From Candidatus Altarchaeum sp. (GTDB lineage: Archaea; Altiarchaeota; Altiarchaeia; Altiarchaeales; Altiarchaeaceae), in the NCBI GenBank assembly GCA_018260615.1, contig JAGWDQ010000060.1:1981-65980 (forward strand): DNA of 64,000 bases, read 5' to 3'. A program made the translations under genes and the position numbers. The notes under the pieces were generated by a model. That model did not search any database. It was not told the origin of the DNA and saw only the letters and a list, made by a program, of their open reading frames with translations. Shown one piece after another: positions 1-9,220 of the stretch (the stretch's first letter is position 1; each line of letters begins with the position of its first letter).

Positions 1-2
1 GT

Positions 3-434
3 GCAAATATCTTTGCTTATGACCCGCTGATTACGGATGAAAAAATTTATGAAAATTTAAACGCAAAACACTGCAAAAATATAGATGAAATTTTAAAACA
101 ATGTGATTTCATTTCTATTCATGTTCCTTTGCTCAATGAAACTAGAAATTTAATAAATGGGAATAATATAAAGATACTAAAGAAGGATGCAATTATGATA
201 AATACTTCAAGGGGAGGTATAATCAACGAATCCACACTGATAGAAGCGTTAAAGAACAAATTAACAGGAGGTGCATGCTTAGATGTTTTTGAGAACGAAC
301 CAAATCCGAATCCGGAATTTAGAAATTTGGAAAATGTGATTCTTACTCCACATATCGCAAGTGCAACGGAAGAAGCGCAGAAGAGGGCGGGAATGGATGT
401 TGTTATGCAAATTGAAAAATTTTTTAAGGGATAA
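3..434 (+). CDS. D-isomer-specific 2-hydroxyacid dehydrogenase (phosphoglycerate dehydrogenase/glyoxylate reductase-like), C-terminal part; 5' end outside window
   Basis: Frame is open from the window edge. Translation carries family motifs: SIHVPL, INTSRGG, ACLDVFENEP, LTPHIASAT. Confidence 0.8.
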   Translation, partial: ANIFAYDPLITDEKIYENLNAKHCKNIDEILKQCDFISIHVPLLNETRNLINGNNIKILKKDAIMINTSRGGIINESTLIEALKNKLTGGACLDVFENEPNPNPEFRNLENVILTPHIASATEEAQKRAGMDVVMQIEKFFKG

Positions 435-758
435 TTTTAAATTTTTTCTATTTTTTGAGACCGTCTGACAATATAAATTTAACAACAGGCCAGTTATGAA
501 AAAACAAAAATTTTATGCTTATTCGGTTAAAGGAAAAACAGGTATTGTGAATACAAGAGTAACACAAATGAGGTTGATTTGTATCAGATGTATCCGGAGA
601 TAAACAAGAGAGAGATTGGCAAATGTGACAAAAATTGGGTAATTTTGTCAAACTTGTCAAAAATACCGTAAAATTGATAAGTTTGAAAAGTTTATAAAGC
701 AAGCAAAACAAGAAAGACAAAAAGGATAAGGTGGATTCATGACACTAAAACAAAGGAA

Positions 759-1064
759 TTGCTAGCAAGTGTCAGGGCAAGTGACCATTTCATTATTCCT
801 CATAAAATGCTGGCATTGGAACTGCATAAATTTTTCAAATTTCCAAAGTTGCGAATTGCTATTAACGATGAAGCGGTTCCTTTTGTTAAGGAAGGAAGAA
901 ATGTATTTGCAAAATTTGTTATTAATGCGGATAAAAATTTAAGGGCGGGAGATGAATGTTTAGTTGTTGATAAGGATGATAATTTAATTGCTACGGGAAC
1001 ATTGATGCTTGCTCCGGGAGAATGCACGAGTTTTAAGAGGGGAGTTGCTGTCAGAGTAAGGTAA
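759..1064 (+). CDS. PUA-domain protein, possibly a truncated remnant of an archaeosine-TGT/ArcS-like gene
   Basis: C-terminal FVKEGRNVFAKFV...LRAGDECLVVD...LIATGTLMLAPGE...KRGVAVRVR is a typical PUA domain. The frame is open from 687, but the first start candidates are only TTG at 759 and ATG at 804. There is no convincing N-terminal domain upstream. Confidence 0.5.
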   Translation: MLASVRASDHFIIPHKMLALELHKFFKFPKLRIAINDEAVPFVKEGRNVFAKFVINADKNLRAGDECLVVDKDDNLIATGTLMLAPGECTSFKRGVAVRVR

Positions 1065-1954
1065 TAGTAAGATAATCCGGGAAAATTTAAATTTACTGAT
1101 TTATCTTCACCCCCACTATTTGCGAGACCCCGTTTTGCATTGAAACACCAATTGCAGCATCTGAATTAAATGAAATAAAGAAACATAAGGACAACCCAAT
1201 AAAGAAATATAAAAAATCCAATGTTTCTGAATCTTTGACTTTTTCTGCATTTTTCAGAGTACGAATAAAGGATAATATAAACAAAGATTGGTAAAAAAAG
1301 CAAATATGCTAAAAAAGGTGAAGTGATGCTTATAAACAAGCACAACAATAATCCAAGCGGACCAAAAAATTTACCCAATTTAGCAAAAAATTTTCCTATG
1401 CTTGTATCTACGAGGGGGTAGTCCTTTTTTATATCTGCCAGATCTATCAGGGGTAGTTTTTTGCTTTCGCTTTCAGGAACTTCAGGAAAAAGAGATATGT
1501 CTGCAACATATCCGCACCGCATACATCTCCATGAATTTAGCGCACCAAAATTTATTCCAGCAGTGTTTGAAAAGTCGGGAGATGTATTTTCGCTGTGACA
1601 TTTTGGACATATATTTATAAATTTTTCCTCTGTTTTGTCCTTTTTTTCTTTTTCGTTAATAGTCATTTTGATAGATTTATTCTAATTTGTAAAGATATTA
1701 TTAATGCGGATAAAAATTTAAGGGCGGGAGATGAATGTTTAGTTGTTGATAAGGATGATAATTTAATTGCTACGGGAACATTGATGCTTGCTCCGGGAGA
1801 ATGCACGAGTTTTAAGAGGGGAGTTGCTGTCAGAGTAAGGTAATAGTAAGATAATCCGGGAAAATTTAAATTTACTGATTTATTTACTGATTTATCTTCA
1901 CCCCCACTATTTGCGATATGCCATTCTGCATTGAAACACCGATTGCAGCATCTG
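921..1954. mobile_element. Cassette bracketed by about 245-bp direct repeats (921-1163 and 1700-1954) that duplicate the convergent 3' ends of the PUA gene and smc
   Basis: About 185 bp (921-1105 vs 1700-1884) look identical by eye. The smc-derived part is diverged. Copy 2 has an extra 11-bp duplication, tttactgattt. The interior carries the zinc-ribbon membrane ORF. Confidence 0.6.
1166..1666 (-). CDS. Zinc-ribbon membrane protein (hypothetical)
   Basis: N-terminal CPKC...CMRC zinc-ribbon pair followed by C-terminal hydrophobic helices. The ORF lies exactly between the two direct-repeat copies. Confidence 0.55.
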   Translation of the reverse strand: MTINEKEKKDKTEEKFINICPKCHSENTSPDFSNTAGINFGALNSWRCMRCGYVADISLFPEVPESESKKLPLIDLADIKKDYPLVDTSIGKFFAKLGKFFGPLGLLLCLFISITSPFLAYLLFLPIFVYIILYSYSEKCRKSQRFRNIGFFIFLYWVVLMFLYFI

Positions 1955-4900
1955 CGTATTTCATTACATTTTCATTATGGGTTATCATTATAAATTGTCC
2001 GTCGCTCTCTTTTAGTAATCTGGCGATTTTTACCGAATTTTCAGAGTCCAAGGATGCGTCCATTTCATCAAGAACATAAAACGGTGCCGGAGAGTACTGC
2101 TGAATTGCCAGCAAAAATGCCGCACATGTTAATGCCTTCTCTCCGCCGGACATCGCATCAAGTTTTGAGACCTTTTTTCCTTTCGGAGATGCGTGAATGT
2201 TCAGGCCCGATATTGAAATATCCCTCGGATTATCTAATGTCAGGGTTCCGTAACCATCAGTAAGTTTTTTAAAAATTTCTTCAAAATTAGTCCTTATTTT
2301 TTCAAAGGCATCCATAAAGACCTCTCTCCTTCTCCTTTCAACAGATGCAATAAAATCATAGATTGCCTGTCTTTCATTCTTCAAAGTTTCAACCCTGTTA
2401 AAAATTTCATCGTGGCTTTTCTTTGCTTCGTCATAATTCTCAATTGCCCTCTGGTTGATATTTCCCATTGCCTTCAGTTTTTCATTTAGTCCGTTTATTC
2501 TGTCCATAACACTTTCTTTGCTATCTTGAGCATCAGTTATAATTTTATTGAGCTCTTCATCTGTCGTGTTCTCCGCATCCGCCGGACTTTTATTCGTTTC
2601 CTTATTCATTTTTTCAATATTCTCCGAGATCATTTTCTTGTGCTCTTCCAATTTTCCCTTCTCAATCAAAATTTTCTCAATTTGAGCCCTTACTTCTTCC
2701 TTCGCATTTAAAATTTTCTCTAATTCTATATTCAATTTTGCGATTTCTTCTTCAACATTTTTCCGTTCACCCTCTTGTCTTTGAATTGCCAGTGTCAGTT
2801 CTTTATTTTCTTCCTCTTTTTTCTTCAACTCCGCTCTTATTTTCTCTATTCTTTCGGATGTCTCTCTAATCACATCTTCGGACTGCTTTCTTTCAGCAGA
2901 CAGTTCATCAATTTTCAAATCCGAAATTTGTGTATTTGCAAAATCAGCATCCTTCTCTTTCTTCGCAAGTTCAATCTCTAAATTTTTCTTTTCATTTTTT
3001 AAATTTTCAAGCCGCTTATATTCTTCGCCCTTTATTTCCTTTTCCTGCCTTTCTAAATTTTTTCCCAGAACTTTCAGGTCATTTTCCACTCTTTCAATTT
3101 CCAGTAATAATTTTTTTCCTTCCTCCTCACTCGCTTTAATTTCACTTTCAAGGACTTTGATTTCATCTTCTTTTTCTTCCCGGTCTGCAGTCAGTGTCTT
3201 TTTTTCAATCTTTAATTTTTCAATCCCAATCTGAGCATTCGTGAGGTCTTTTTCCAAATCATCCGCACTTGCATTTTTTCTTTCCCTTACTCTTTCAATT
3301 TCTTCTTCAATTGCACTTAACTTTCCTTCAAGGGCTTTGATTTCATCGGAAATTTCGTTAAAATTTAATGTTTCTTTTATAAATCCGCCGCTTATGCTTC
3401 CTTCTCTTTCGGCAATGTCCCCGTCAAGGGAAACCATTCTGTATCTTCCGATTAGCGGTTTAAAGTCATCGGGATTTTCCACAATGATAGTATTTCGCAG
3501 TATGTATGCAATTATATTTTCAAATTTTTCATCATAAATTAAAAAGTCCCTCGCAAAGCCCAGGCCATCGGGGTTTTCATTGGGTAAATTTATATTTATT
3601 TTATTAATCGGCAGAAATGTTGCTCTTCCAATTCTTCCGGTTTTTAACAGATTTACACATTTTACCGCTGTATTTTCGTTTTCAACAACGATATTTTCCA
3701 TACGGTTTCCCGCAGCAGCATATATTGCTTTCCTGTATTTTGCATCCGAAACCCTGCACAATTCAGAAACAGTTCCATAAATACCATTCGTTGCTTTTTT
3801 CAGATAATCCGCAATTAAATTTTTTCGTAAATTTTTTAAAATTTCCTTCTTTCGCACATACTCACTCTTTATTTTTTCATAGTTCTCAATTAATTGTTCA
3901 TACTCCTTCTCTGCATTAAATTTTTCCTTTCGTATCCGTGAAAGTTTCTCAAAAATTTCTTTATATGCATAACTCTGGGCATCTATTCCTCTTGCTAATT
4001 CCTGCTCTCTCGCAAGGTATTTGGAAATTTCCGTATTATTCAGTTCAATTTTTTTGTGCTTTTGAGCAATGAATTTTGTCTGATTTTCGTATTTATTTCT
4101 CGCATCGCTGCCAGCTATTTTTTGGTCATAAATTTTGTCCTTCAGTTCCATAACATTGCTTTCAATTTCGGAAATTTTTGTGTCTTTCAATATCCGGGCA
4201 ATTTGTTCTATTCGCCCGGAAAAATTTTTTATTTGCAGAGATGAGGAAGTGAATATATTATTTAACTCGTCCTTTCTTTGGACTGCAAAATTTATTTTTT
4301 GCTCAATTTCCGACAGTTTTTTATTTTCTGCTTTTAAATACCTTTGTTCGGCATTCAGCAAAGACGCTCCATCCGATTCGCCGCGCTTTTTTTCGTTTTC
4401 AATAAGCTGTTTATTGAGGTATGAAATTTTTGTTTCAAGTTCTGTCTTCTTTGTTTTAATGTTGCTTTCACTGACTTTATACGAATCACGAACACTACAC
4501 AATTCCCTGGCTGACATCTCGCAGTCGTTAATTTTCGCCTCCGCCCCTCTTAAATTTATGTAATTAAACACTCGCTCAAGCGTCCAAATTTCCTTTTTGA
4601 TTTCTTTAAATTTTATTGCATCCTCTTTTTCTTTTTCTAAAATTTTTAAATTTTCCAGCCGCTCGTTGAGCTGGACATTTGCCCCGGAAATTTTTTCTTC
4701 AACAGATGCAAGTTCCTTAATCGCTTCGCTTTTCTTTTCATCGTAGTCGGAAATTCCGCAAATTTCATCAATAGCACCTCTCCGTTCTTTGGGACTCATT
4801 TCAATAAAATTTGTTATATCATTCTGGAGAAGTACATTATACTCATTGTCACCTATTGTTTCAAGGACTTTTTCTTTTGAGATATTTTTGTCATTTTTGG

Positions 4901-5258
4901 ATAAAATAGGGTCGTTCAGCGATGACTTGTAATTTATTTTATATTGTGTTTTTCCGTCACGCCGGACAATGCGGGTTATTTTTACAATTTGTTTTTGTTC
5001 ATCATCCGTTGAAAAATATGCAGAAACAATTGCTTCATCGGATGGTTTTCCATCTGTTCCGCCGTTATAAATAAGTTCCGCTAATCGGTCCGTTCTCATT
5101 CCTCTTGACCGGCCAATTACAAAACATAATGCATCAATTAAATTACTTTTACCGCTTCCGTTTGGGCCTACAATGGCAGTATATTTATACGGCAGCTCAA
5201 TATTTTGTCTGTTTTTGAATGTTTTAAATCCTTCAACAGAGACCTTTTCTAATCTCAT
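1884..5258 (-). CDS. smc: Chromosome segregation protein SMC
   Basis: 1124 aa with N-terminal Walker A GPNGSGKSN, long coiled-coil K/E-rich arms, a hinge, and the C-terminal LSGGEKALTCAAF signature plus Walker B VLDEMDASLD. Confidence 0.95.
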   Translation of the reverse strand: MRLEKVSVEGFKTFKNRQNIELPYKYTAIVGPNGSGKSNLIDALCFVIGRSRGMRTDRLAELIYNGGTDGKPSDEAIVSAYFSTDDEQKQIVKITRIVRRDGKTQYKINYKSSLNDPILSKNDKNISKEKVLETIGDNEYNVLLQNDITNFIEMSPKERRGAIDEICGISDYDEKKSEAIKELASVEEKISGANVQLNERLENLKILEKEKEDAIKFKEIKKEIWTLERVFNYINLRGAEAKINDCEMSARELCSVRDSYKVSESNIKTKKTELETKISYLNKQLIENEKKRGESDGASLLNAEQRYLKAENKKLSEIEQKINFAVQRKDELNNIFTSSSLQIKNFSGRIEQIARILKDTKISEIESNVMELKDKIYDQKIAGSDARNKYENQTKFIAQKHKKIELNNTEISKYLAREQELARGIDAQSYAYKEIFEKLSRIRKEKFNAEKEYEQLIENYEKIKSEYVRKKEILKNLRKNLIADYLKKATNGIYGTVSELCRVSDAKYRKAIYAAAGNRMENIVVENENTAVKCVNLLKTGRIGRATFLPINKININLPNENPDGLGFARDFLIYDEKFENIIAYILRNTIIVENPDDFKPLIGRYRMVSLDGDIAEREGSISGGFIKETLNFNEISDEIKALEGKLSAIEEEIERVRERKNASADDLEKDLTNAQIGIEKLKIEKKTLTADREEKEDEIKVLESEIKASEEEGKKLLLEIERVENDLKVLGKNLERQEKEIKGEEYKRLENLKNEKKNLEIELAKKEKDADFANTQISDLKIDELSAERKQSEDVIRETSERIEKIRAELKKKEEENKELTLAIQRQEGERKNVEEEIAKLNIELEKILNAKEEVRAQIEKILIEKGKLEEHKKMISENIEKMNKETNKSPADAENTTDEELNKIITDAQDSKESVMDRINGLNEKLKAMGNINQRAIENYDEAKKSHDEIFNRVETLKNERQAIYDFIASVERRRREVFMDAFEKIRTNFEEIFKKLTDGYGTLTLDNPRDISISGLNIHASPKGKKVSKLDAMSGGEKALTCAAFLLAIQQYSPAPFYVLDEMDASLDSENSVKIARLLKESDGQFIMITHNENVMKYADAAIGVSMQNGISQIVGVKINQ

Positions 5259-5339
5259 ATTAAAATGAATAATGAATTATTAAAGTGAATTTTTAACTTT
5301 TGGTTATTTGTTTTGAATTATACTTTGAGATGAATTTTT

Positions 5340-5870
5340 GTTTTATCAAAAATGCTTCAAGCATTTTTAAATTGTAGAGATTTGAAATACTGAAAATCTG
5401 CAAGATTTTCAATCTTACAAAATGTTCTGAACATTTTGTAAATCTCCGAACGATAGCGAGGTGATTTTTGAATATCTCAAAAATCTTGTAGATTTTTGCG
5501 ATGAATGAAGTAAATTAACTAAAATGGTAAATTTGTTTTTAAATTTCTGAGGTTTAAAATTTCTGTGAGAAATTTTAAATAAAGGTAAAATCTCTGAAAT
5601 TTTATGGTAATTTGTAAAATTTTAGGAGGTGATTTTTGAAATTTTTCGGATAACTCTTTGTCACCTCATTTTTCAAACGATTTTCAAATTGCAGAGATTT
5701 GAAAATTTCCGAACGAAGTGAGGTAAAGTTTGAAAAATTCACGAACGATATCAAAAATGCTTGAAACATTTTTGAATATCCTAAAAACCTTGAAGGTTTT
5801 TACGAAAGTGAGCGGACTTCGTTCGGAGATTTAAAACAAAGTTTTAAATACCCTTCAAATAGTTACTTAA
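5340..5870. repeat. Array of short hairpin-plus-tail repeats (REP/BIME-like)
   Basis: Perfect hairpins with different stems: aaaaatgc/gcattttt (5348-5368), gaaaatct/agattttc (5392-5410), acaaaatgtt/aacattttgt (5417-5439), caaaaatct/agatttttg (5478-5498). They are interleaved with the tail motif ccgaacga[at]ag[ct]gaggt. Confidence 0.7.
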
Positions 5871-6009
5871 AAATTTTGATTACATTTAAAAATTTGTGTA
5901 TTTGATTTTGTCTTTGACCTCAACATTACAATAACAATTCTTGTAGTTATGTTCTTTTATGTTCTTTTTTATTTTTATTTGTATATTTAATTATATTTAA
6001 TGTCTTAAT

Positions 6010-6160
6010 TATTTAATTTATTTATATGAATATCTAATTTATTTATATGAATATCTAATTTATTTATATGAATATCTAATTTATTTATATGAATATCTAA
6101 TTTATTTATATGAATATCTAATTTATTTATATGAATATCTAATTTATTTATATGAATTCC
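6010..6160. repeat. Tandem repeat, 21-bp unit (tatctaatttatttatatgaa), about 6 perfect copies plus degenerate ends
   Basis: Unit starts at 6031, 6052, 6073, 6094, 6115 and 6136. Located in the 1.3-kb divergent smc/ftsZ intergenic region. Confidence 0.9.
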
Positions 6161-6282
6161 AAATTATTTAAGTTTATATAAGTTCATTAGAATATTTAAA
6201 TTCATAATTTAAATTAATAATATATGAAACATAATTTATTACAAAATTTAAAAAAAACAATCAAAAATATAAAAAAGGTAAA

Positions 6283-6453
6283 ATGGGGTTGCAAACACAG
6301 TTATATTTTACGGATGAGGACTCATTAAAAACGCACGAGGCATGGGGCAAGGCGTTAAAGGACTTGGGTAAAGAAGGGTCACAATATGCATTGGCACAAT
6401 TTATTAAAGATGTGTTTTTTTTTCGTCATAAAGGACGAGAAGAAAATTGCTGA
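6283..6453 (+). pseudogene. Small-protein family member (MGLQTQ...), probably frameshifted copy
   Basis: The first 47 codons match the 66-aa ORF at 26845-27045. After the T9 run (6415-6423) there is one extra c relative to the other copy, which shifts the frame and gives an early stop. The alternative frame restores VIKDEKKIAEFTGTQKTKQE. Confidence 0.45.
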
Positions 6454-6597
6454 ATTTACAGGAACACAAAAAACAAAGCAGGAATAAACAACAAATTTAC
6501 TAATTTTAAGAGGCATGAATTAATGTATAGGTACATAATCAATCATTACAAACTATCAGAATAAATATATAATAAACGATAAAATAATAAACAAATT

Positions 6598-9096
6598 TTG
6601 AAAATGGAACCTTTTGTTTACGGAAATAGTGAAGAAGTATTTAAAATGGGAAACCAAAGCAGCAATAAAAATATTGGACAACAAAGATCTACAATTTTGG
6701 GTGCTGAAGGAGTATCTACCGAAAACCCGAAAATATGCGTAGTTGGTGTCGGGGGCGGAGGATGTAATACTATTAGAAGATTATCTGAAATGGGGGTTGC
6801 ACATGAGGTTGAGTTAATAGCAATAAATACTGACATAAAACAATTGCGGATGATAGATGATTTGAGAATAAAGAAAATTTTAATAGGTGCAAAATTAACA
6901 GGGGGACAAGGTGCAGGTGGTTATCCTAATATTGGTGAAGAAGCAGCAGTAGCAAGCAATCAGGATATTGTACAAGCACTTGAAGGGGCACGAATTGTAT
7001 TTATCTCTGCAGGTATGGGAGGCGGAACAGGAACAGGTGGAGCACCCATAGTAGCAAAAATTGCAAGAAATATCGGAGCAATAGTTATAAGTGTTGTAAC
7101 ATTTCCTTTCAAACTTGAGCGTGCAAGGGTTATAAAGGGAAGAGAAGGTATTGATAAGTTAAAGCAGGTCTCACACACAGTCATTGTTTTGGATAATAAC
7201 CTGTTAGTTCAGTATGCACCGAATTTACCGATGGATGAAGCATTTAAAATTGCAGATGATGTTATCGGAAAGGCAATAGACGGAATAACTCATTCTATAC
7301 TTGTTCCAAGTTTAATAAATCTTGATCTTGCTGACTTTATGGCAATAATGAAAACAGGTGGAATGGCAATGATAAGTGTGGGCCGGGGAAGAGGTCCAAA
7401 GAAGATTGAGGATGCAGTAGCAGCAGTTAAAAACCAGCCTTTACTGGAAGTCGATACTATGGGTGCAACAGGTGCTTTGATTCACATTACGGGAGGTTCA
7501 ACGCTTTCGCTGAATGATGCAAATAAAGCAGGAACTAATCTTACAGAAAATGTAAGTCAAAATGCTCCTGTGATATGGGGTGCAAGAGTAAATGAAAAAA
7601 TGGGGGACGAAGTGGAGATTGTTTTAATTATGACAGGAATAAAGAGTAATCTCCTGTCAGGAGAAAGTAATGTTCCAATAGGGAGAAGTAGAATTAATGT
7701 ACAATCCCAACCGGCACAGCAGCAATTTCAACCGCAGCAAACACAGCCAAAAAAAGTATATGAACCAGCATGGCCAGCAGGTGGAGCCGGAAGCTACTCT
7801 CAACCGGAACAACAACAGCCTGGTTATCAGCCACAGAATCAGGGTTATACGCAACCGGAACAGGGATATGGAGTTCAACAAACACAGCCTGGTTATCAGC
7901 AACCCCATGGAAATATCCCTCAACCGCAGCAGGAATATGTACAACTACCAGAAGCACAAACAAGGCAAAGGCCGGTTTTAATTGAAGATGCAGAAGCACT
8001 TGCGAGGGAACAGGAAGCGTTGAAAAATATTTTGGGTGCAGAAGGTATTGAACTTGAAGATCCAAAGATTGATGTAATAGGTGTTGGTGGAGGAGGATGT
8101 AATAGTATTACCCGTCTTTCAGAAGCAGGACTTTCGCCAACATGTAAGAAAAGTACCCGGTTGATTGCTATAAATACGGATAAAAGGGCATTAGTTGAGA
8201 TGGTTAAAGAAGGCAAAGTACCTATTACAAAGGTATTGATAGGGGGAAAGATGACAAGAGGCATGGGAGCAGGCGGTTATCCCGAGGTTGGTGAAAAAGC
8301 AGCAGAAGAGTCCTTTAATCTTATACAGCAAGCAGTGGGAAAGCCCAATCTTGTGTTTTTGGGAATAGGTATGGGCGGTGGAACAGGAACAGGTGCGGGA
8401 CCTGTAGTAGCTAAGATAGCAAAACAGGCAGGTGCAATCGTTGTAGGAATAGTAACCTATCCGTTTAATCTTGAAAGAGCAAGAAAAGAGAAGGCGAAAG
8501 AAGGGATAGCACGACTAATGCAATACTGCGATACTGTTGTTGTAATAGACAATGAGAAATTGCGTACTGTTGTGCCAAATATGCCGATGAATGAGGCATT
8601 TATGTTCGCAGACAAAGTGATTCAGGATGCTGTTCAGGGCATTACAGAGACAATTATGACTCCGAGCTTAATAAATCTGGACTTTGCAGATATAAGATCA
8701 ACAATGGGAAATAAAGAAATTTCTTTGATTTGTGTCGGTGAAGGTGATGGTCCGGATAAGGTCAAGCAGGCAATCTCATCAACATTGAACAGGCCTTTGC
8801 TTGATGTGGATTACAGTGATATTAAAGGTGCATTAATTCACATAACCGGAGGAGCAAATATGACTCTGAATGAAGCACATGCTATTGGAGATGGCATAAG
8901 TAAGAGTGTCAAAAAGGACGCAAATGTTGTATGGGGCGCAAGAATTGATGAAAAACTTGGAGACAAAATTAAAGTAGTAGCAATACTTACGGGTGTAAAA
9001 GGGCTGAGTATTCCTGTTGCAGGAAGTGGGAAGGGCAGTAGATATGCCTCTTCACCAATAAGTATTTTTGATGATCTGGGAATAACCTACTTATAA
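6598..9096 (+). CDS. ftsZ: Tandem-fused double FtsZ (two complete FtsZ cores joined by a Q/P-rich linker)
   Basis: Core 1 has GVGGGGCN, AGMGGGTGTGGAP and SLINLDLAD. Core 2 has GVGGGGCN, IGMGGGTGTGAGP and SLINLDFAD. The low-complexity linker spans about nt 7650-7990. The real start is probably ATG at 6604 or 6646. Confidence 0.9.
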   Translation: MKMEPFVYGNSEEVFKMGNQSSNKNIGQQRSTILGAEGVSTENPKICVVGVGGGGCNTIRRLSEMGVAHEVELIAINTDIKQLRMIDDLRIKKILIGAKLTGGQGAGGYPNIGEEAAVASNQDIVQALEGARIVFISAGMGGGTGTGGAPIVAKIARNIGAIVISVVTFPFKLERARVIKGREGIDKLKQVSHTVIVLDNNLLVQYAPNLPMDEAFKIADDVIGKAIDGITHSILVPSLINLDLADFMAIMKTGGMAMISVGRGRGPKKIEDAVAAVKNQPLLEVDTMGATGALIHITGGSTLSLNDANKAGTNLTENVSQNAPVIWGARVNEKMGDEVEIVLIMTGIKSNLLSGESNVPIGRSRINVQSQPAQQQFQPQQTQPKKVYEPAWPAGGAGSYSQPEQQQPGYQPQNQGYTQPEQGYGVQQTQPGYQQPHGNIPQPQQEYVQLPEAQTRQRPVLIEDAEALAREQEALKNILGAEGIELEDPKIDVIGVGGGGCNSITRLSEAGLSPTCKKSTRLIAINTDKRALVEMVKEGKVPITKVLIGGKMTRGMGAGGYPEVGEKAAEESFNLIQQAVGKPNLVFLGIGMGGGTGTGAGPVVAKIAKQAGAIVVGIVTYPFNLERARKEKAKEGIARLMQYCDTVVVIDNEKLRTVVPNMPMNEAFMFADKVIQDAVQGITETIMTPSLINLDFADIRSTMGNKEISLICVGEGDGPDKVKQAISSTLNRPLLDVDYSDIKGALIHITGGANMTLNEAHAIGDGISKSVKKDANVVWGARIDEKLGDKIKVVAILTGVKGLSIPVAGSGKGSRYASSPISIFDDLGITYL

Positions 9097-9220
9097 GAAC
9101 CACGGGTAATAACAATAAAGGCAGCAAAACCAAAGAAAAATTTATTTTTTAATTTTTTTAATCTTTTTTAATTTTAAATTAACATACTAGTATAAAACAA
9201 ATAACATTAAATTTATAAAA

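Noticed and set aside
435-758. Short ORF MKKQKFYAYSVKGKTGIV..., resembling the start of the RNase H1/viroplasmin-type N-terminal domain. Possibly a degraded gene upstream of the PUA ORF.
   Set aside because: The match is limited to about 15 residues. The frame breaks immediately and I could not reconstruct the rest of the domain in other frames.
1595-1843. 82-aa ORF ending in a PUA-like sequence.
   Set aside because: Its C-terminal 55 aa are the duplicated 3' end of the PUA gene (repeat copy 2) fused to unrelated upstream sequence, so it is a by-product of the duplication. The same logic applies to 1093-1284, which carries the duplicated smc 3' end.
2054-4563. Many + strand ORFs (61-142 aa) inside smc. 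Similar antisense ORFs lie inside ftsZ, glmS, GGR, the GlmU-like gene and others.
   Set aside because: They lie antisense to strongly supported long CDSs and have low-complexity F/L/S-rich translations with no motifs. They are shadow ORFs of K/E-rich AT-biased genes.
5340-5870. Possible CRISPR array, suggested by regularly recurring short palindromic units.
   Set aside because: The units are not identical. Spacing is irregular and stems differ between units. No constant repeat alternates with unique spacers, and no cas genes are in the window.
5259-6597. Replication origin.
   Set aside because: No adjacent orc1/cdc6 gene and no ORB or mini-ORB boxes with G-strings. Only A/T-rich repeats are present. 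This cannot be supported without skew or coverage data.
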